IMG/VR virus record: IMGVR_UViG_3300032283_000551
Location: 13,042 to 77,041 of that record
DNA: 64,000 nucleotides
Origin: a virus
Taxonomy: Duplodnaviria > Caudoviricetes
Direction: 5' to 3' (one strand)
Part shown: positions 39,545 to 48,852 of the stretch, piece by piece
Layout: the number at the start of each line of letters is the position of its first letter
How positions within the stretch are numbered: the stretch's first letter is position 1
Program-made: the position numbers and the translations under genes
The notes under the pieces: generated by a model
Seen by the model: the letters and a program-made list of their open reading frames with translations, nothing else
The model's database searches: none
What the model was told of the DNA's origin: nothing

Positions 39545-39910
39545 ATGACATACGAAATTACAGAATCAGAAATTACCGTTATCCGTAATATTCAAGACAA
39601 GCTTTACGGACAAGCAAGTGCTATGGGTTGGCATGATAAGCCCCGTGAAATCGGGACTTTTATTGCTCTAGCTCATTCGGAACTTTCCGAAGCACTTGAA
39701 GGCGCTCGTAAGGATCTTATGGATGACCACTTGACAAATAGATCAATGCTTGAAGTGGAACTTGCTGATTGTATTATCCGCATTCTCGACATGGCTGGTC
39801 ATTATAAGTTGGATGTTGCAGGTGCTCTGGCAGAAAAGCATCAATATAATGCTAATCGTGCAGATCATAAGCGTGAAAATCGTGCCGCAGCTGGTGGTAA
39901 GAAATTCTAA
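39545..39910 (+). CDS. MazG-like nucleotide pyrophosphohydrolase
   Basis: IALAHSELSEALEG.RK...EVELADCIIRILD. Confidence 0.85.
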   Translation: MTYEITESEITVIRNIQDKLYGQASAMGWHDKPREIGTFIALAHSELSEALEGARKDLMDDHLTNRSMLEVELADCIIRILDMAGHYKLDVAGALAEKHQYNANRADHKRENRAAAGGKKF

Positions 39911-39932
39911 ATAACATTTGGGAGATAACCTA

Positions 39933-40241
39933 ATGACAATAGAAGTACGGGATACCTCCCAAGACTATGATGATATGGTTTCCTATAAAGCCAAAGAAAA
40001 TATTCGGACTGATTTGTCTGTATTCTTTGGTGAGGAAACCGATCAAAAGCCAATTGTTCCACCCAAGAAAATTGATCCAGATTTTCCTGAACAATGGCAA
40101 TCTTTATTTGTAAATTTTAGATCACATGATGATTTTGTCAAGTTCATGAAATTGATTGATGAAGTCCCATCACCTAAAACTAAAGATCTTATTTTTAAAG
40201 CAAATAAAGATAATGGTATTTTGAATTTTTTTGGAGATTAA
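39933..40241 (+). CDS. Small protein upstream of glycosyltransferase
   Basis: W.SLFVNFRSHDDFVKFMKLI...KTKDLIF motif, shared with next ORF. Confidence 0.6.
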   Translation: MTIEVRDTSQDYDDMVSYKAKENIRTDLSVFFGEETDQKPIVPPKKIDPDFPEQWQSLFVNFRSHDDFVKFMKLIDEVPSPKTKDLIFKANKDNGILNFFGD

Positions 40242-40242
40242 A

Positions 40243-40506
40243 ATGAATCTACATAAAACGATCGAAGATTTGGAAACGGATTGGCGAAATCCGTATGCAC
40301 AATGGTATGCAGCAGGTATGCCAGCATTTGTTACTAAAAATCTTGAGCCGTGGAAACAAATTTCAATTAAATTTCCTACCATGGAAGATCGTAAGAAATT
40401 TGCTGAAATCACCGGTTATTCTTTGACAGAAAAGACAAATGTTATTTGGTATCCCGATAAGGGCCGTGAGCGAAACAATATGAATAGAGTTATTGAAGAT
40501 GAGTAA
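40243..40506 (+). CDS. Small protein upstream of glycosyltransferase (paralogous motif)
   Basis: W.GMP.F...WKQISIKFPTMEDRKKFAEITG..LTEKT.VIWYP. Confidence 0.65.
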   Translation: MNLHKTIEDLETDWRNPYAQWYAAGMPAFVTKNLEPWKQISIKFPTMEDRKKFAEITGYSLTEKTNVIWYPDKGRERNNMNRVIEDE

Positions 40507-41437
40507 AGCAAGCCGTTATCCGATTTACATTATCAGTAAAGGTCGATGGGATTCTAGATATACTAGTAAAGCCCTAGAGCGTATGGGTGTTCCATATTAT
40601 ATTGCGGTTGAACCTCAAGAATATGATAATTATGCCGCTGTAATTGATCCAAAGAAAGTACTTACTTTACCTTTCAGTAATCATGGTAAAGGTTCAGGCC
40701 CTGCCCGTAACTGGTGCTGGGAACACTCACAAGCAAATGGATTTAAGCGTCACTGGCTTATGGATGATAATATCTATGAGTTTTGGCGCTTTCACCAGAA
40801 TAAGCGTTATCGTGTGGAGAAAGGTTCTGGTATCTTTAGAGCAACCGAAGATTTTGTGGATCGGTATGAAAATATTGCCCTAGCAGGTCTCCAATATAAG
40901 TTTTTCTGTGTGGATGATTATCCATACCCACCGTATATTCTTAACACTCGTATCATGTCATGTTTCTTAATTGACAATGATTGTCCACATAAGTGGCGTG
41001 GTCGCTATAATGAAGACGTTGATTTGTCCATCCGTGTTCTCAAGGAAGGCCTTTGCACCATGTTATTCTATGCTTTCCTTTGTGGTAAAGCAAGAACTGG
41101 TACTGTTAAGGGTGGTAATACATCGGAAGTTTATAATAACTATGCTGAAGATGCTTCATTAAAGAAGTCACAAATGCTTGTTGAGATGCATCCAGATGTA
41201 GTTACTCTTGACCAGCGCTACGGTCGAGTGCATCATCATGTCGACCTTAATGCTATTATTAATAAGAATGGTCAACCTGCTAGAGATAATCGACCAATCC
41301 TGAAAAAAGATGTTGACATTTTCAACAAAGTGGATAATTATGGTATGAGACTTATTCGTGAATGGGACACACCTGAAGCGTATGAAGATCTGGAATATTC
41401 CAGTGATGTATATCCACAAGGACGGAAAAATTATTAA
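40499..41437 (+). CDS. GREB1/TAGT-like GT-A glycosyltransferase
   Basis: YPIYIISKGR, YYIAVEPQEYDNY, ARNWCW, HWLMDDNI (DxD-like), WRGRYNEDVDLS. Confidence 0.8.
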   Translation: MSKASRYPIYIISKGRWDSRYTSKALERMGVPYYIAVEPQEYDNYAAVIDPKKVLTLPFSNHGKGSGPARNWCWEHSQANGFKRHWLMDDNIYEFWRFHQNKRYRVEKGSGIFRATEDFVDRYENIALAGLQYKFFCVDDYPYPPYILNTRIMSCFLIDNDCPHKWRGRYNEDVDLSIRVLKEGLCTMLFYAFLCGKARTGTVKGGNTSEVYNNYAEDASLKKSQMLVEMHPDVVTLDQRYGRVHHHVDLNAIINKNGQPARDNRPILKKDVDIFNKVDNYGMRLIREWDTPEAYEDLEYSSDVYPQGRKNY

Positions 41438-42396
41438 TGGCTAAAATTTTAATTACCGGTGGGGCAGGCTTCATCGGTTTTCATCTTGCGCAAAAACTTA
41501 TTAATAATGAAGATACCATTCATATTATTGATAATTTTAATGATTATTATGATGTCGAGTTGAAGCATGCTCGTGCAAAAATCCTATTTGATACTAACAA
41601 GGTTGAAATTTTTGGTCATGATCTGAACGACTCTAAGGTCTTACAGAAATATTTTATTACAAATAGGCCTGATATTGTAATCCATCTTGCTGCTCATGCT
41701 GGTGTCCGACATTCACTTGACCATACGATGGATTATATTCAAAATAATATTGTAGCGACTCAAAATCTTATCGCTATGTGTGAGATTTATGGTGTAAAGA
41801 AAGTAATTTATGCTTCAACTTCATGTGTTATGGCAGGTAATCCATTACCGTGGCGTGAAGATGTTGCAGTTGGTCATCAATTAAATCCATATGGATATAC
41901 CAAGCGCACAAATGAATGTCAGTTTATGACTTCTAAGATTCCAAATACTATTGGTCTTAGGTTCTTTACTGTTTATGGACCATACGGTCGACCCGACATG
42001 GCTCTATTTCAGTTTGCAAATGCGGCCGTCACTGGTGCACCAATCAATGTTTTTAACTATGGTGACATGAAGCGTGACTTTACCTATGTAGATGATATCA
42101 TCAATGGCATTATTATTGTTCTAGATCGCATTATATGTATTGACAAACCATTGGATGAGATATATAATATAGGGAGAGGTGAACAAATCCAACTTATGGA
42201 TTTTATCTCCGAGATCGAAACTAATTTTGATCGAATTATTACCAAGAATTTTGTCCCAAAGCACCCTGCCGATACATTGGAGACTTGGTCCGATACGACC
42301 AAGTTACAGGCTCTTGGATGGAAACCTTCGGTTTCTGTTCCTGAAGGTGTTGCAAAATTCTGTGAATGGTATAAATCATATTATGGGGTAAATTGA
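41437..42396 (+). CDS. NAD-dependent epimerase, UDP-glucuronate 4-epimerase-like
   Basis: GGAGFIG, HLAAHAGVRHS, YGYTK (YxxxK), LRFFTVYGPYGRPDMA, RDFTYVDD. Confidence 0.85.
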   Translation: MAKILITGGAGFIGFHLAQKLINNEDTIHIIDNFNDYYDVELKHARAKILFDTNKVEIFGHDLNDSKVLQKYFITNRPDIVIHLAAHAGVRHSLDHTMDYIQNNIVATQNLIAMCEIYGVKKVIYASTSCVMAGNPLPWREDVAVGHQLNPYGYTKRTNECQFMTSKIPNTIGLRFFTVYGPYGRPDMALFQFANAAVTGAPINVFNYGDMKRDFTYVDDIINGIIIVLDRIICIDKPLDEIYNIGRGEQIQLMDFISEIETNFDRIITKNFVPKHPADTLETWSDTTKLQALGWKPSVSVPEGVAKFCEWYKSYYGVN

Positions 42397-43254
42397 ATGA
42401 AAATTGCTATTATTGGACATGGATTTGTTGGAAAGGCCGTTGATTATGGCTTTCCCGATATTATGTGTGAAAAGTTTATTTTTGATCCACTGCTTAATAA
42501 CCCAGTCGAAAATATATCCTCAGTCGATAATATAGATTTTTCATTCGTCTGTGTCCCCACCCCTATGGGTATTAATGGCAGTATTGATTCTTCTATTATT
42601 GAAAATGTTTTGGCCGTATTAAAGAAAAATACAAGTGGAACAATTATCATTAAATCTACAATCACTCCTGATATTATCAGTAAAATTTTCCGAGGACCTC
42701 ACCGCGATCGAATTGTTTATAACCCGGAGTTTTTAACCGAAAAAAGTGCCAATGAGGATTTTGTAAATCCTTTCATGCATATTTTTGGTGGTAATCCGGA
42801 CTATACTAGTAAGGTTGAGGAATTATATAAGTATTATAGTCTTTGCAAGCCTTGTCCAGTATATCATATGTCTGCGGTGGATGCCAGTTTTGTCAAGTAT
42901 GGTGTTAATAGTTATCTGGCATCTAAGGTTCTTTGGTTTAATCAATTCTATGATATTGTTAATTCCGAGGGTGCAAATTTCGGTAAGGTAATCAGTGCTA
43001 TTACTGCTGATTCACGTGTGGGTAGATCACATACAACTGTCCCTGGCTTTGATGGAAAGAGAGGCTTTGGTGGTGCATGTTTCCCTAAAGACACCATGGC
43101 ATTCCTGAATTATTCTAAGAAGAATAAGCAAAATTTTTCTGTCCTGGAGACTGTTATTAGGGAAAATAATAACTATCGTAAGGGGTATGAAAAGGATACT
43201 AGGGAAATTGAACAGAATATTAATTTTGATATGGGAGTAACTAATGCCACCTGA
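42397..43254 (+). CDS. UDP-glucose 6-dehydrogenase-like, lacking C-terminal domain
   Basis: GHGFVG, FVCVPTP, IKSTI, YNPEFLTE, GFGGACFPKD (catalytic Cys); 285 aa. Confidence 0.85.
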   Translation: MKIAIIGHGFVGKAVDYGFPDIMCEKFIFDPLLNNPVENISSVDNIDFSFVCVPTPMGINGSIDSSIIENVLAVLKKNTSGTIIIKSTITPDIISKIFRGPHRDRIVYNPEFLTEKSANEDFVNPFMHIFGGNPDYTSKVEELYKYYSLCKPCPVYHMSAVDASFVKYGVNSYLASKVLWFNQFYDIVNSEGANFGKVISAITADSRVGRSHTTVPGFDGKRGFGGACFPKDTMAFLNYSKKNKQNFSVLETVIRENNNYRKGYEKDTREIEQNINFDMGVTNAT

Positions 43255-43534
43255 AAAATTTTTGTTTAAGTATAACGAAGGTCAAATACTAGACGAGCTA
43301 TATGCATATATAATGAAGACATATGGAAGTCATTACGGAGATAGAGTCCAAGCACAAGATCTGATAATTTCATCTGGTCACGCCGAAGGTTTCTATATTG
43401 GAAATGTTATTAAGTATGCTTCTCGCTATGGAAAAAAGAATGGTAAAAATAAAGATGATCTGATGAAGGTTCTTCACTATACTGTTCTTGCTCTAAATTA
43501 TCACTACATTGAAAATGAAAATAAGGAAAATTAA
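43244..43534 (+). CDS. DUF3310-like protein
   Basis: KTYGSHY...GHAEGFYIGNVIKY.SRYGKK.G....DL.K..HY. Confidence 0.7.
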   Translation: MPPEKFLFKYNEGQILDELYAYIMKTYGSHYGDRVQAQDLIISSGHAEGFYIGNVIKYASRYGKKNGKNKDDLMKVLHYTVLALNYHYIENENKEN

Positions 43535-43536
43535 TC

Positions 43537-44385
43537 ATGGAAATCTCGATTCAAATTGAAGAACTTCGTAAGCGTAAGATCTTTTTGGCAACCCCTATGT
43601 ATGGTGGTCAATGTGCAGGTATGTTTGCTAAGTCTGTTGCTGACTTGACATCTCTTTGTACATCTAATGGTATTGAACTACGTTCATATTTTTTGTTTAA
43701 TGAATCTCTTATCACTCGTGCACGCAATTATTGCGTAGATGAGTTTATGCGGTCCGATTGTACCCACATGATGTTTATTGACTCGGATATCGGATTTGAT
43801 CCTCGTGATGTTCTTGCAATGCTTGCACTCCAAAGTGATGATTCTGAATATGATGTTCTTGCAGGGCCTTATCCTAAGAAGTGCATCAGTTGGGAAAAGA
43901 TCAAGCTTGCTGTCGACAAGGGTATTGCTGACGAAGATCCCAATGTTCTTGAAAAGTTTGTTGGTGATTATGTTTTTAATCCAAAGGGCGGTGGTGGAAA
44001 CATCCGTATTGATATCCCGGTAGAAGTATCTGAAATTGGTACCGGATTTATGATGACTCGCCGTTCCGCTTTTGAAAAGTTTGAAAAGGCATTCCCTCAT
44101 TATAGTTATAAGCCAGATCATGTTCGCACTGAACAGTTTGATGGTTCTCGTGAAATCATGCAATACTTCCAGGCTGAAATTGATCCTGCCTCTAAGCGCT
44201 ATCTTTCGGAAGACTATTGGTTCTGTCAGAAACTTATTGAAATCGGTGGTAAGGTTTGGTATTGCCCATGGATGAAGCTCCAACACGTTGGTAGTTATAT
44301 CTTTGGTGGATCATTGATTGATCTAGCTTCTATCGGTGCACCTGCTACCGCTGACCCTGGTCTATTGAAGAAGACCAAGAAGTAA
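43537..44385 (+). CDS. GT-A-fold glycosyltransferase-like protein
   Basis: LATPMYGG, ESLITRARN, MFIDSDI, AGPYPKK, IGTGFM, YLSEDYWFC. Confidence 0.75.
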   Translation: MEISIQIEELRKRKIFLATPMYGGQCAGMFAKSVADLTSLCTSNGIELRSYFLFNESLITRARNYCVDEFMRSDCTHMMFIDSDIGFDPRDVLAMLALQSDDSEYDVLAGPYPKKCISWEKIKLAVDKGIADEDPNVLEKFVGDYVFNPKGGGGNIRIDIPVEVSEIGTGFMMTRRSAFEKFEKAFPHYSYKPDHVRTEQFDGSREIMQYFQAEIDPASKRYLSEDYWFCQKLIEIGGKVWYCPWMKLQHVGSYIFGGSLIDLASIGAPATADPGLLKKTKK

Positions 44386-44413
44386 TTTTTATATTTTATA
44401 ATGGAGAATGTGA

Positions 44414-45067
44414 ATGAAGATTAATAATAAGACCCTGAATATTCTTAAGAACTTTGCAACTATTAATCCCTCAATTATTGTAAAGCCTGGAAATATTCTA
44501 AAGACAATCTCCTCGAGCAAGACCATTCTTGCTCGGGCTGAGGTTCCCGATACATTTGAATACCCATTTGCAATTTACAATCTGTCTCAGTTTATTGGTT
44601 GTATTTCAATGTTTACGGATCCGGATCTTGACTTTGATGAAAGTTCTGTGACCATCAGCGATGGGAAGAATAAGATCGTATATCACTATGCTGATTCCTC
44701 GATCATTCTTGCGCCACCTGATAAAGATATTAATATTCCATCGGTTGATGCAGAATTTAAGATTTCAGCAACTGATATTCCTAGTGTTGCCAAGGCACTC
44801 AGTATTCTTGAACTTACTGAAATTGCATTTGTCGGCGATGGTGATAATATCCTTATTCAAGCTATTGACAGTAAAAACCCATCCTCAAATCAATATAGTG
44901 TAAAGGTTGGTGCTACCGATAAGGTTTTTAAGGCTATTTTCAAGCCTGATAATCTTAAGATGGTTCCTGATGACTATGTTGTCACACTTTCTTCTAAGGG
45001 CCTTTCAAAGTTTGTTGGTACTGAGGCTACATACTACGTAGCTATTGAGGCAACAAGCACTTTTTGA
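44414..45067 (+). CDS. gp45: Sliding clamp gp45
   Basis: TLNILKNFATINPSI..KPGN..KTIS...F.IYNLSQF. Confidence 0.95.
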   Translation: MKINNKTLNILKNFATINPSIIVKPGNILKTISSSKTILARAEVPDTFEYPFAIYNLSQFIGCISMFTDPDLDFDESSVTISDGKNKIVYHYADSSIILAPPDKDINIPSVDAEFKISATDIPSVAKALSILELTEIAFVGDGDNILIQAIDSKNPSSNQYSVKVGATDKVFKAIFKPDNLKMVPDDYVVTLSSKGLSKFVGTEATYYVAIEATSTF

Positions 45068-45096
45068 TTTACAATATAGTATTATTGGTGTATAAT
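45068..45096 (+). promoter_or_regulatory. Sigma70-type promoter for gp44
   Basis: TTTACA-N17-TATAAT. Confidence 0.7.
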
Positions 45097-45127
45097 AGGG
45101 TAGGGTGTATAACTCTACCCTTTTTTA
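45097..45127 (+). terminator. Terminator after gp45
   Basis: GGGTAGGG-TGTATAA-CTCTACCC then T7. Confidence 0.7.
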
Positions 45128-45142
45128 TGATGGAGAATTTAA

Positions 45143-46081
45143 ATGCTTGAGCAATTTTTGTGGGTGGAAAAGTATCGTCCAAAGAAGATTAGTGATACTA
45201 TTCTTCCGATCGAACTAAAGAAAACGTTTCAGCAATTTGTAGATCAAAAGAATATTCCAAATCTACTCCTCACCGGTTCGGCAGGTGTTGGTAAGACTAC
45301 CGTAGCTAAGGCCATGCTCGAAGAACTTGGTTGTGATTATATTGTCATTAACGGCTCGATGAATGGTAACATCGATACGCTTCGTAATGAAATCCAAAAC
45401 TTTGCTTCTACCGTATCGTTCGCTGGTGGTCGTAAATATGTAATTCTTGATGAGGCGGATTATCTAAATCCTAACTCTACACAACCTGCTCTCCGTAATT
45501 TTATGGAAGAGTTCAGTCGTAATTGTGGGTTTATTCTTACATGTAATTATAAGAATCGAATCATTGCACCTCTACATTCCAGATGTTCGGTCGTTGATTT
45601 TAGTATTCCTAAGGATTGTAAGCCCAAGTTGGCATCGCAATTCTTTAAGCGTGTAATTGGTATTCTTGATTCCGAAAAAATTTCATACGATCAAGCCGTT
45701 GTTGCAAATGTTATCCAAAAGCACTTTCCCGACTGGAGGCGTGTGCTTAATGAATTGCAGCGCTATAGTGCTATCGGTTCTATTGACTCAGGTATTCTGA
45801 CCAATTTCCAGGACCTATCAGTCAAGCAAATCTTTGATGCATGCAAGAAGAAGGATTTTGATGGAGTTCGGAAATGGGTTCATGATAATAGTGATCAAGA
45901 TCAGGTTGCCGTATTTCGTTCGGTCTACGAAAATTCATTTGAATATGTTTCAAAGAAGTCTATCCCTGAACTGATTGTTATTATTGCTGATTATCAATAC
46001 AAAGCGGCATTTGTGGTCAACCATGAAATTAATATGTTGGCATTCTTTGTAGAACTCATGATGCGTCTGGAGTGGCAATAA
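45143..46081 (+). CDS. gp44: Clamp loader large subunit gp44
   Basis: WVEKYRP, GSAGVGKTT, ILDEADYL, PLHSRC, FPDWRR. Confidence 0.97.
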   Translation: MLEQFLWVEKYRPKKISDTILPIELKKTFQQFVDQKNIPNLLLTGSAGVGKTTVAKAMLEELGCDYIVINGSMNGNIDTLRNEIQNFASTVSFAGGRKYVILDEADYLNPNSTQPALRNFMEEFSRNCGFILTCNYKNRIIAPLHSRCSVVDFSIPKDCKPKLASQFFKRVIGILDSEKISYDQAVVANVIQKHFPDWRRVLNELQRYSAIGSIDSGILTNFQDLSVKQIFDACKKKDFDGVRKWVHDNSDQDQVAVFRSVYENSFEYVSKKSIPELIVIIADYQYKAAFVVNHEINMLAFFVELMMRLEWQ

Positions 46082-46602
46082 TGGCTGTTAAGCCCAAGCG
46101 TGGTAAACAAGCCGAAAAGGTAGATCCTAATTCTATATCTACCATTTTCGGCAGGGTAGTGAAACACGAAGAGAAGGAAGAAAAGGGCGCCAACATTAAT
46201 CCATTTTCGTTTATCAACGATATTAATTTTGGTAAAGAATATATCTACAGCGATGAAACAAAGTCATCGTTTGAGCCCTATATCGTCACCAAGGCCATGT
46301 CTATCTTTCCAGACACTCTTTCTGATGCTATCTTTTTAAACTCAAATTTTCATCTCGATGAAAAGATGCAACATGACTACCTATTCTATAAGGTAGCCAA
46401 GCGCAAGAGATTCAAAAAGGATGCATGGTTTAAAAAGACAGAGGATGAAAAAAAGGAATTAAAAATCCTCAAGGATATTGGTAAAATCATTAATTATAAT
46501 CTAAATGAAACAAAACGATTCTGGAATATGCTTACAGAAGTACAAAGGAAAGACTTCCTGGAACAATATGTCTATCCAGACTCAAAGAATAAAACTAAAT
46601 AA
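46081..46602 (+). CDS. gp62: Clamp loader small subunit gp62
   Basis: NPFSFINDIN..K...FEPYIV.KA.S.FPDT...LN...L...MQ.DYL; position between gp44 and regA. Confidence 0.8.
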   Translation: MAVKPKRGKQAEKVDPNSISTIFGRVVKHEEKEEKGANINPFSFINDINFGKEYIYSDETKSSFEPYIVTKAMSIFPDTLSDAIFLNSNFHLDEKMQHDYLFYKVAKRKRFKKDAWFKKTEDEKKELKILKDIGKIINYNLNETKRFWNMLTEVQRKDFLEQYVYPDSKNKTK

Positions 46603-46634
46603 ATAAAGGAAAATAATAATGAGGTACTGCTGTT

Positions 46635-47033
46635 ATGTCTATAATGGAAACATTCCTGGAAGTGAAACTTGCTGAGGAAGAAGATTTCTTAAAAATTAAA
46701 GAAACTCTTACTCGTATTGGTATAGCTTCCCATAAAGAGAAGAAGCTATACCAATCTTGTCATATTTTGCATAATCGCGGTAGATATTTCATAGTTCATT
46801 TTAAAGAACTATTTCTACTTGATGGTAAAGAATCTGATTTTACTGAAGATGATATTGGTCGTCGTAATACCATAGCAAGTCTTGTAGAGCAGTGGGGTTT
46901 ATTCCGAATCGTTGACTATAAACGATTTGAGGAACCAAAAACACCTCTAAATAAGATTAAGGTTCTACCTTTTAAAGATAAAGATGAATGGACTCTTGTA
47001 TCCAAATATACGGTGGGCAAGAAAAAGCGATAA
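46635..47033 (+). CDS. regA: Translational repressor RegA
   Basis: DFLKIKETLTRIGIAS.KEKKLYQSCHILH.RG.YFIVHFKELF.LDG. Confidence 0.97.
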   Translation: MSIMETFLEVKLAEEEDFLKIKETLTRIGIASHKEKKLYQSCHILHNRGRYFIVHFKELFLLDGKESDFTEDDIGRRNTIASLVEQWGLFRIVDYKRFEEPKTPLNKIKVLPFKDKDEWTLVSKYTVGKKKR

Positions 47034-47047
47034 GGATATATTTTGTA

Positions 47048-47398
47048 ATGTTTAAGTGGTTATTTAAGCCTAAAGAAGTGAAAATTATTATACGCGATAG
47101 AGAACTTCAAAGACTAACAGATCTTCTATTCCCACCTCTCGAGCGAATTGAACGTGACGGTGATCTTTACCAGGTGGATTATTCAGTCGATATGAACCTG
47201 GATTCAGCACTTCAAGATCTTAAGGATGGTTCAAACGACAAAACCACCCAAGAGACCATCTCAAGGGTGTTGGATCGACTGATTGAAGCTAGAAAAATAC
47301 TAAATGCTTATCCGGTGTTAGATGAGAATACCAAGTTTCTCATCGTGGATAATCTACCTAACGAAAAAGAAAGAGAGATTAATCCTTCTCGGGACTAA
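47048..47398 (+). CDS. Hypothetical protein
   Basis: 116-aa ORF directly after regA. Confidence 0.65.
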   Translation: MFKWLFKPKEVKIIIRDRELQRLTDLLFPPLERIERDGDLYQVDYSVDMNLDSALQDLKDGSNDKTTQETISRVLDRLIEARKILNAYPVLDENTKFLIVDNLPNEKEREINPSRD

Positions 47399-47427
47399 CC
47401 TTCTCTTTACTTCGCTTATAAATCTTT

Positions 47428-47976
47428 TTAGACTCGACGACTCGTTTTCTGAACAAAGGTGTGTGCAGAGCCCGAGCAATTGGATTCCGCTTTTTGGGAA
47501 CCGGGCGCTTTTGCATAACTTTTCTCCTTCTTATGTTTATTAAAACCAAGATAAAGTTCTGATTCCATACCGTGAGCCTCAACCTCCCATGGCCAGGTGA
47601 AATAACCCCCATCATTTTTTGAGTGATGGATATTATGCCAGGAACACACAGAAGAGTCTCTTAGGTAATCTTTAAGTTGACCTAGCGCATATTGTTTCAC
47701 ATGGACCATCTCATGCGCTAGCGCCAGCAAAGTCCGTTTTTTACCCATATCACCATCAATGCGGATCGTAAACTCACGTGGTCGGATATTAATATCTTCC
47801 CACACACAATCCGCATCAATTTTATCTTTACGAACAAGTCCTTTCACAACCACAACTCGGATTTCGATATTCCTCAGCAGTCGTTTGCTCATCATGGTTT
47901 CCCCATAATGGACCAGCGACTCAAAGATCATATTCGGATCAACCTTTGACGGCCGATCAATGAGTGTGATATGCAT
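47428..47976 (-). CDS. Zincin metallopeptidase-like (SprT-like) protein
   Basis: LAHEMVHVKQY HExxH motif and PWEVEAH third-ligand Glu. Confidence 0.75.
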   Translation of the reverse strand: MHITLIDRPSKVDPNMIFESLVHYGETMMSKRLLRNIEIRVVVVKGLVRKDKIDADCVWEDINIRPREFTIRIDGDMGKKRTLLALAHEMVHVKQYALGQLKDYLRDSSVCSWHNIHHSKNDGGYFTWPWEVEAHGMESELYLGFNKHKKEKSYAKAPGSQKAESNCSGSAHTFVQKTSRRV

Positions 47977-48185
47977 TAAAACTTATTCTTAGAAATATGA
48001 TTCTTAGCATCCTTTTGAGTCTTAAAGTAAAGGATCGAACCATCACGGGCCCGGAGGTTATTTTGCATGGTGGAATCCCACACAAAGAATTCACGGGTCA
48101 ATGTGGATTCCATGACCTGGAAACGATTTTTGATCAGTTCCGAGACATAGTATCCTGGCAAGTTAATCTGAAGTATGACTGTCAT
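47976..48185 (-). CDS. Hypothetical protein
   Basis: GAGG RBS on minus strand; stop overlaps next start; downstream of a minus-strand promoter. Confidence 0.6.
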   Translation of the reverse strand: MTVILQINLPGYYVSELIKNRFQVMESTLTREFFVWDSTMQNNLRARDGSILYFKTQKDAKNHISKNKF

Positions 48186-48209
48186 ATATCTATCCTCAAT
48201 TTATAAGTT

Positions 48210-48238
48210 ATTATAACAAACTTTCGGGGTAAAGTCAA
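48210..48238 (-). promoter_or_regulatory. Early promoter for the minus-strand pair
   Basis: Minus strand TTGACT-N17-TATAAT. Confidence 0.75.
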
Positions 48239-48284
48239 CAAAAGTTTTGTTAACATTTTGTAATCCGATTCGACGATTTTTTGG

Positions 48285-48313
48285 TTGACATACCCCTCGA
48301 AATGGGATATATT
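48285..48313 (+). promoter_or_regulatory. Early promoter (divergent)
   Basis: TTTTGG-TTGACA-N17-TATATT. Confidence 0.8.
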
Positions 48314-48341
48314 ACATATATAAACAAGGGAATACCTAAAT

Positions 48342-48560
48342 ATGCTAACAGTCACTATCGATGTAGAACAAGCCGATAAAATTGTTATTTCACATTTGAC
48401 CAATACTGTTGGTGTTCTTATTGATATTATTGAGTTGAATAACAAGAATCCGAATGAAGACACCAATTCATATAATCAAGAATTGATGAATGAGATTCAA
48501 TCCATCAATAAAGTTATTGAATATTTTGGTGGAACTAAGGTTAAGGTACCTTTTAGCTAA
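48342..48560 (+). CDS. Hypothetical protein
   Basis: 72-aa ORF after promoter. Confidence 0.6.
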   Translation: MLTVTIDVEQADKIVISHLTNTVGVLIDIIELNNKNPNEDTNSYNQELMNEIQSINKVIEYFGGTKVKVPFS

Positions 48561-48568
48561 TAAGTTTT

Positions 48569-48653
48569 GCGGGCTTGGTGAAATGGTAGACACAAGAGAC
48601 TTAAAATCTCTCGGCTAAAAGCTGTACCGGTTCGAGTCCGGTAGCCCGCACCA
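48569..48653 (+). tRNA. tRNA-Leu(TAA)
   Basis: Cloverleaf, AGAGA-CTTAAAA-TCTCT, variable arm, CCA. Confidence 0.95.
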
Positions 48654-48696
48654 ACTACCTAAGATTAAAAATTACTAAATGTTAATACTTTTTTGG

Positions 48697-48725
48697 TTGA
48701 CAGACATTCAAATCTATGGTATAAT
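48697..48725 (+). promoter_or_regulatory. Early promoter for the tRNA array
   Basis: TTTTGG-TTGACA-N17-TATAAT. Confidence 0.85.
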
Positions 48726-48744
48726 CCACATATAAACAAATTGA

Positions 48745-48819
48745 GGATCCTTAGTTCAGCGGTAGAACACCGGACTTTTAATCCGTATGCCCTGGGTTCA
48801 AATCCCAGAGGATCCTCCA
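48745..48819 (+). tRNA. tRNA-Lys(TTT)
   Basis: Loop CTTTTAA, T-arm CTGGG-TTCAAAT-CCCAG, U73, CCA. Confidence 0.9.
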
Positions 48820-48852
48820 TTTGTTTGACCTTTATTATGAAAGATATATATT

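Noticed and set aside
1302-46081. Many minus-strand ORFs nested in core genes (e.g. 3015, 5000, 23170, 29764, 43684)
   Set aside because: Antisense shadows of biased codon usage; no RBS or recognisable motifs
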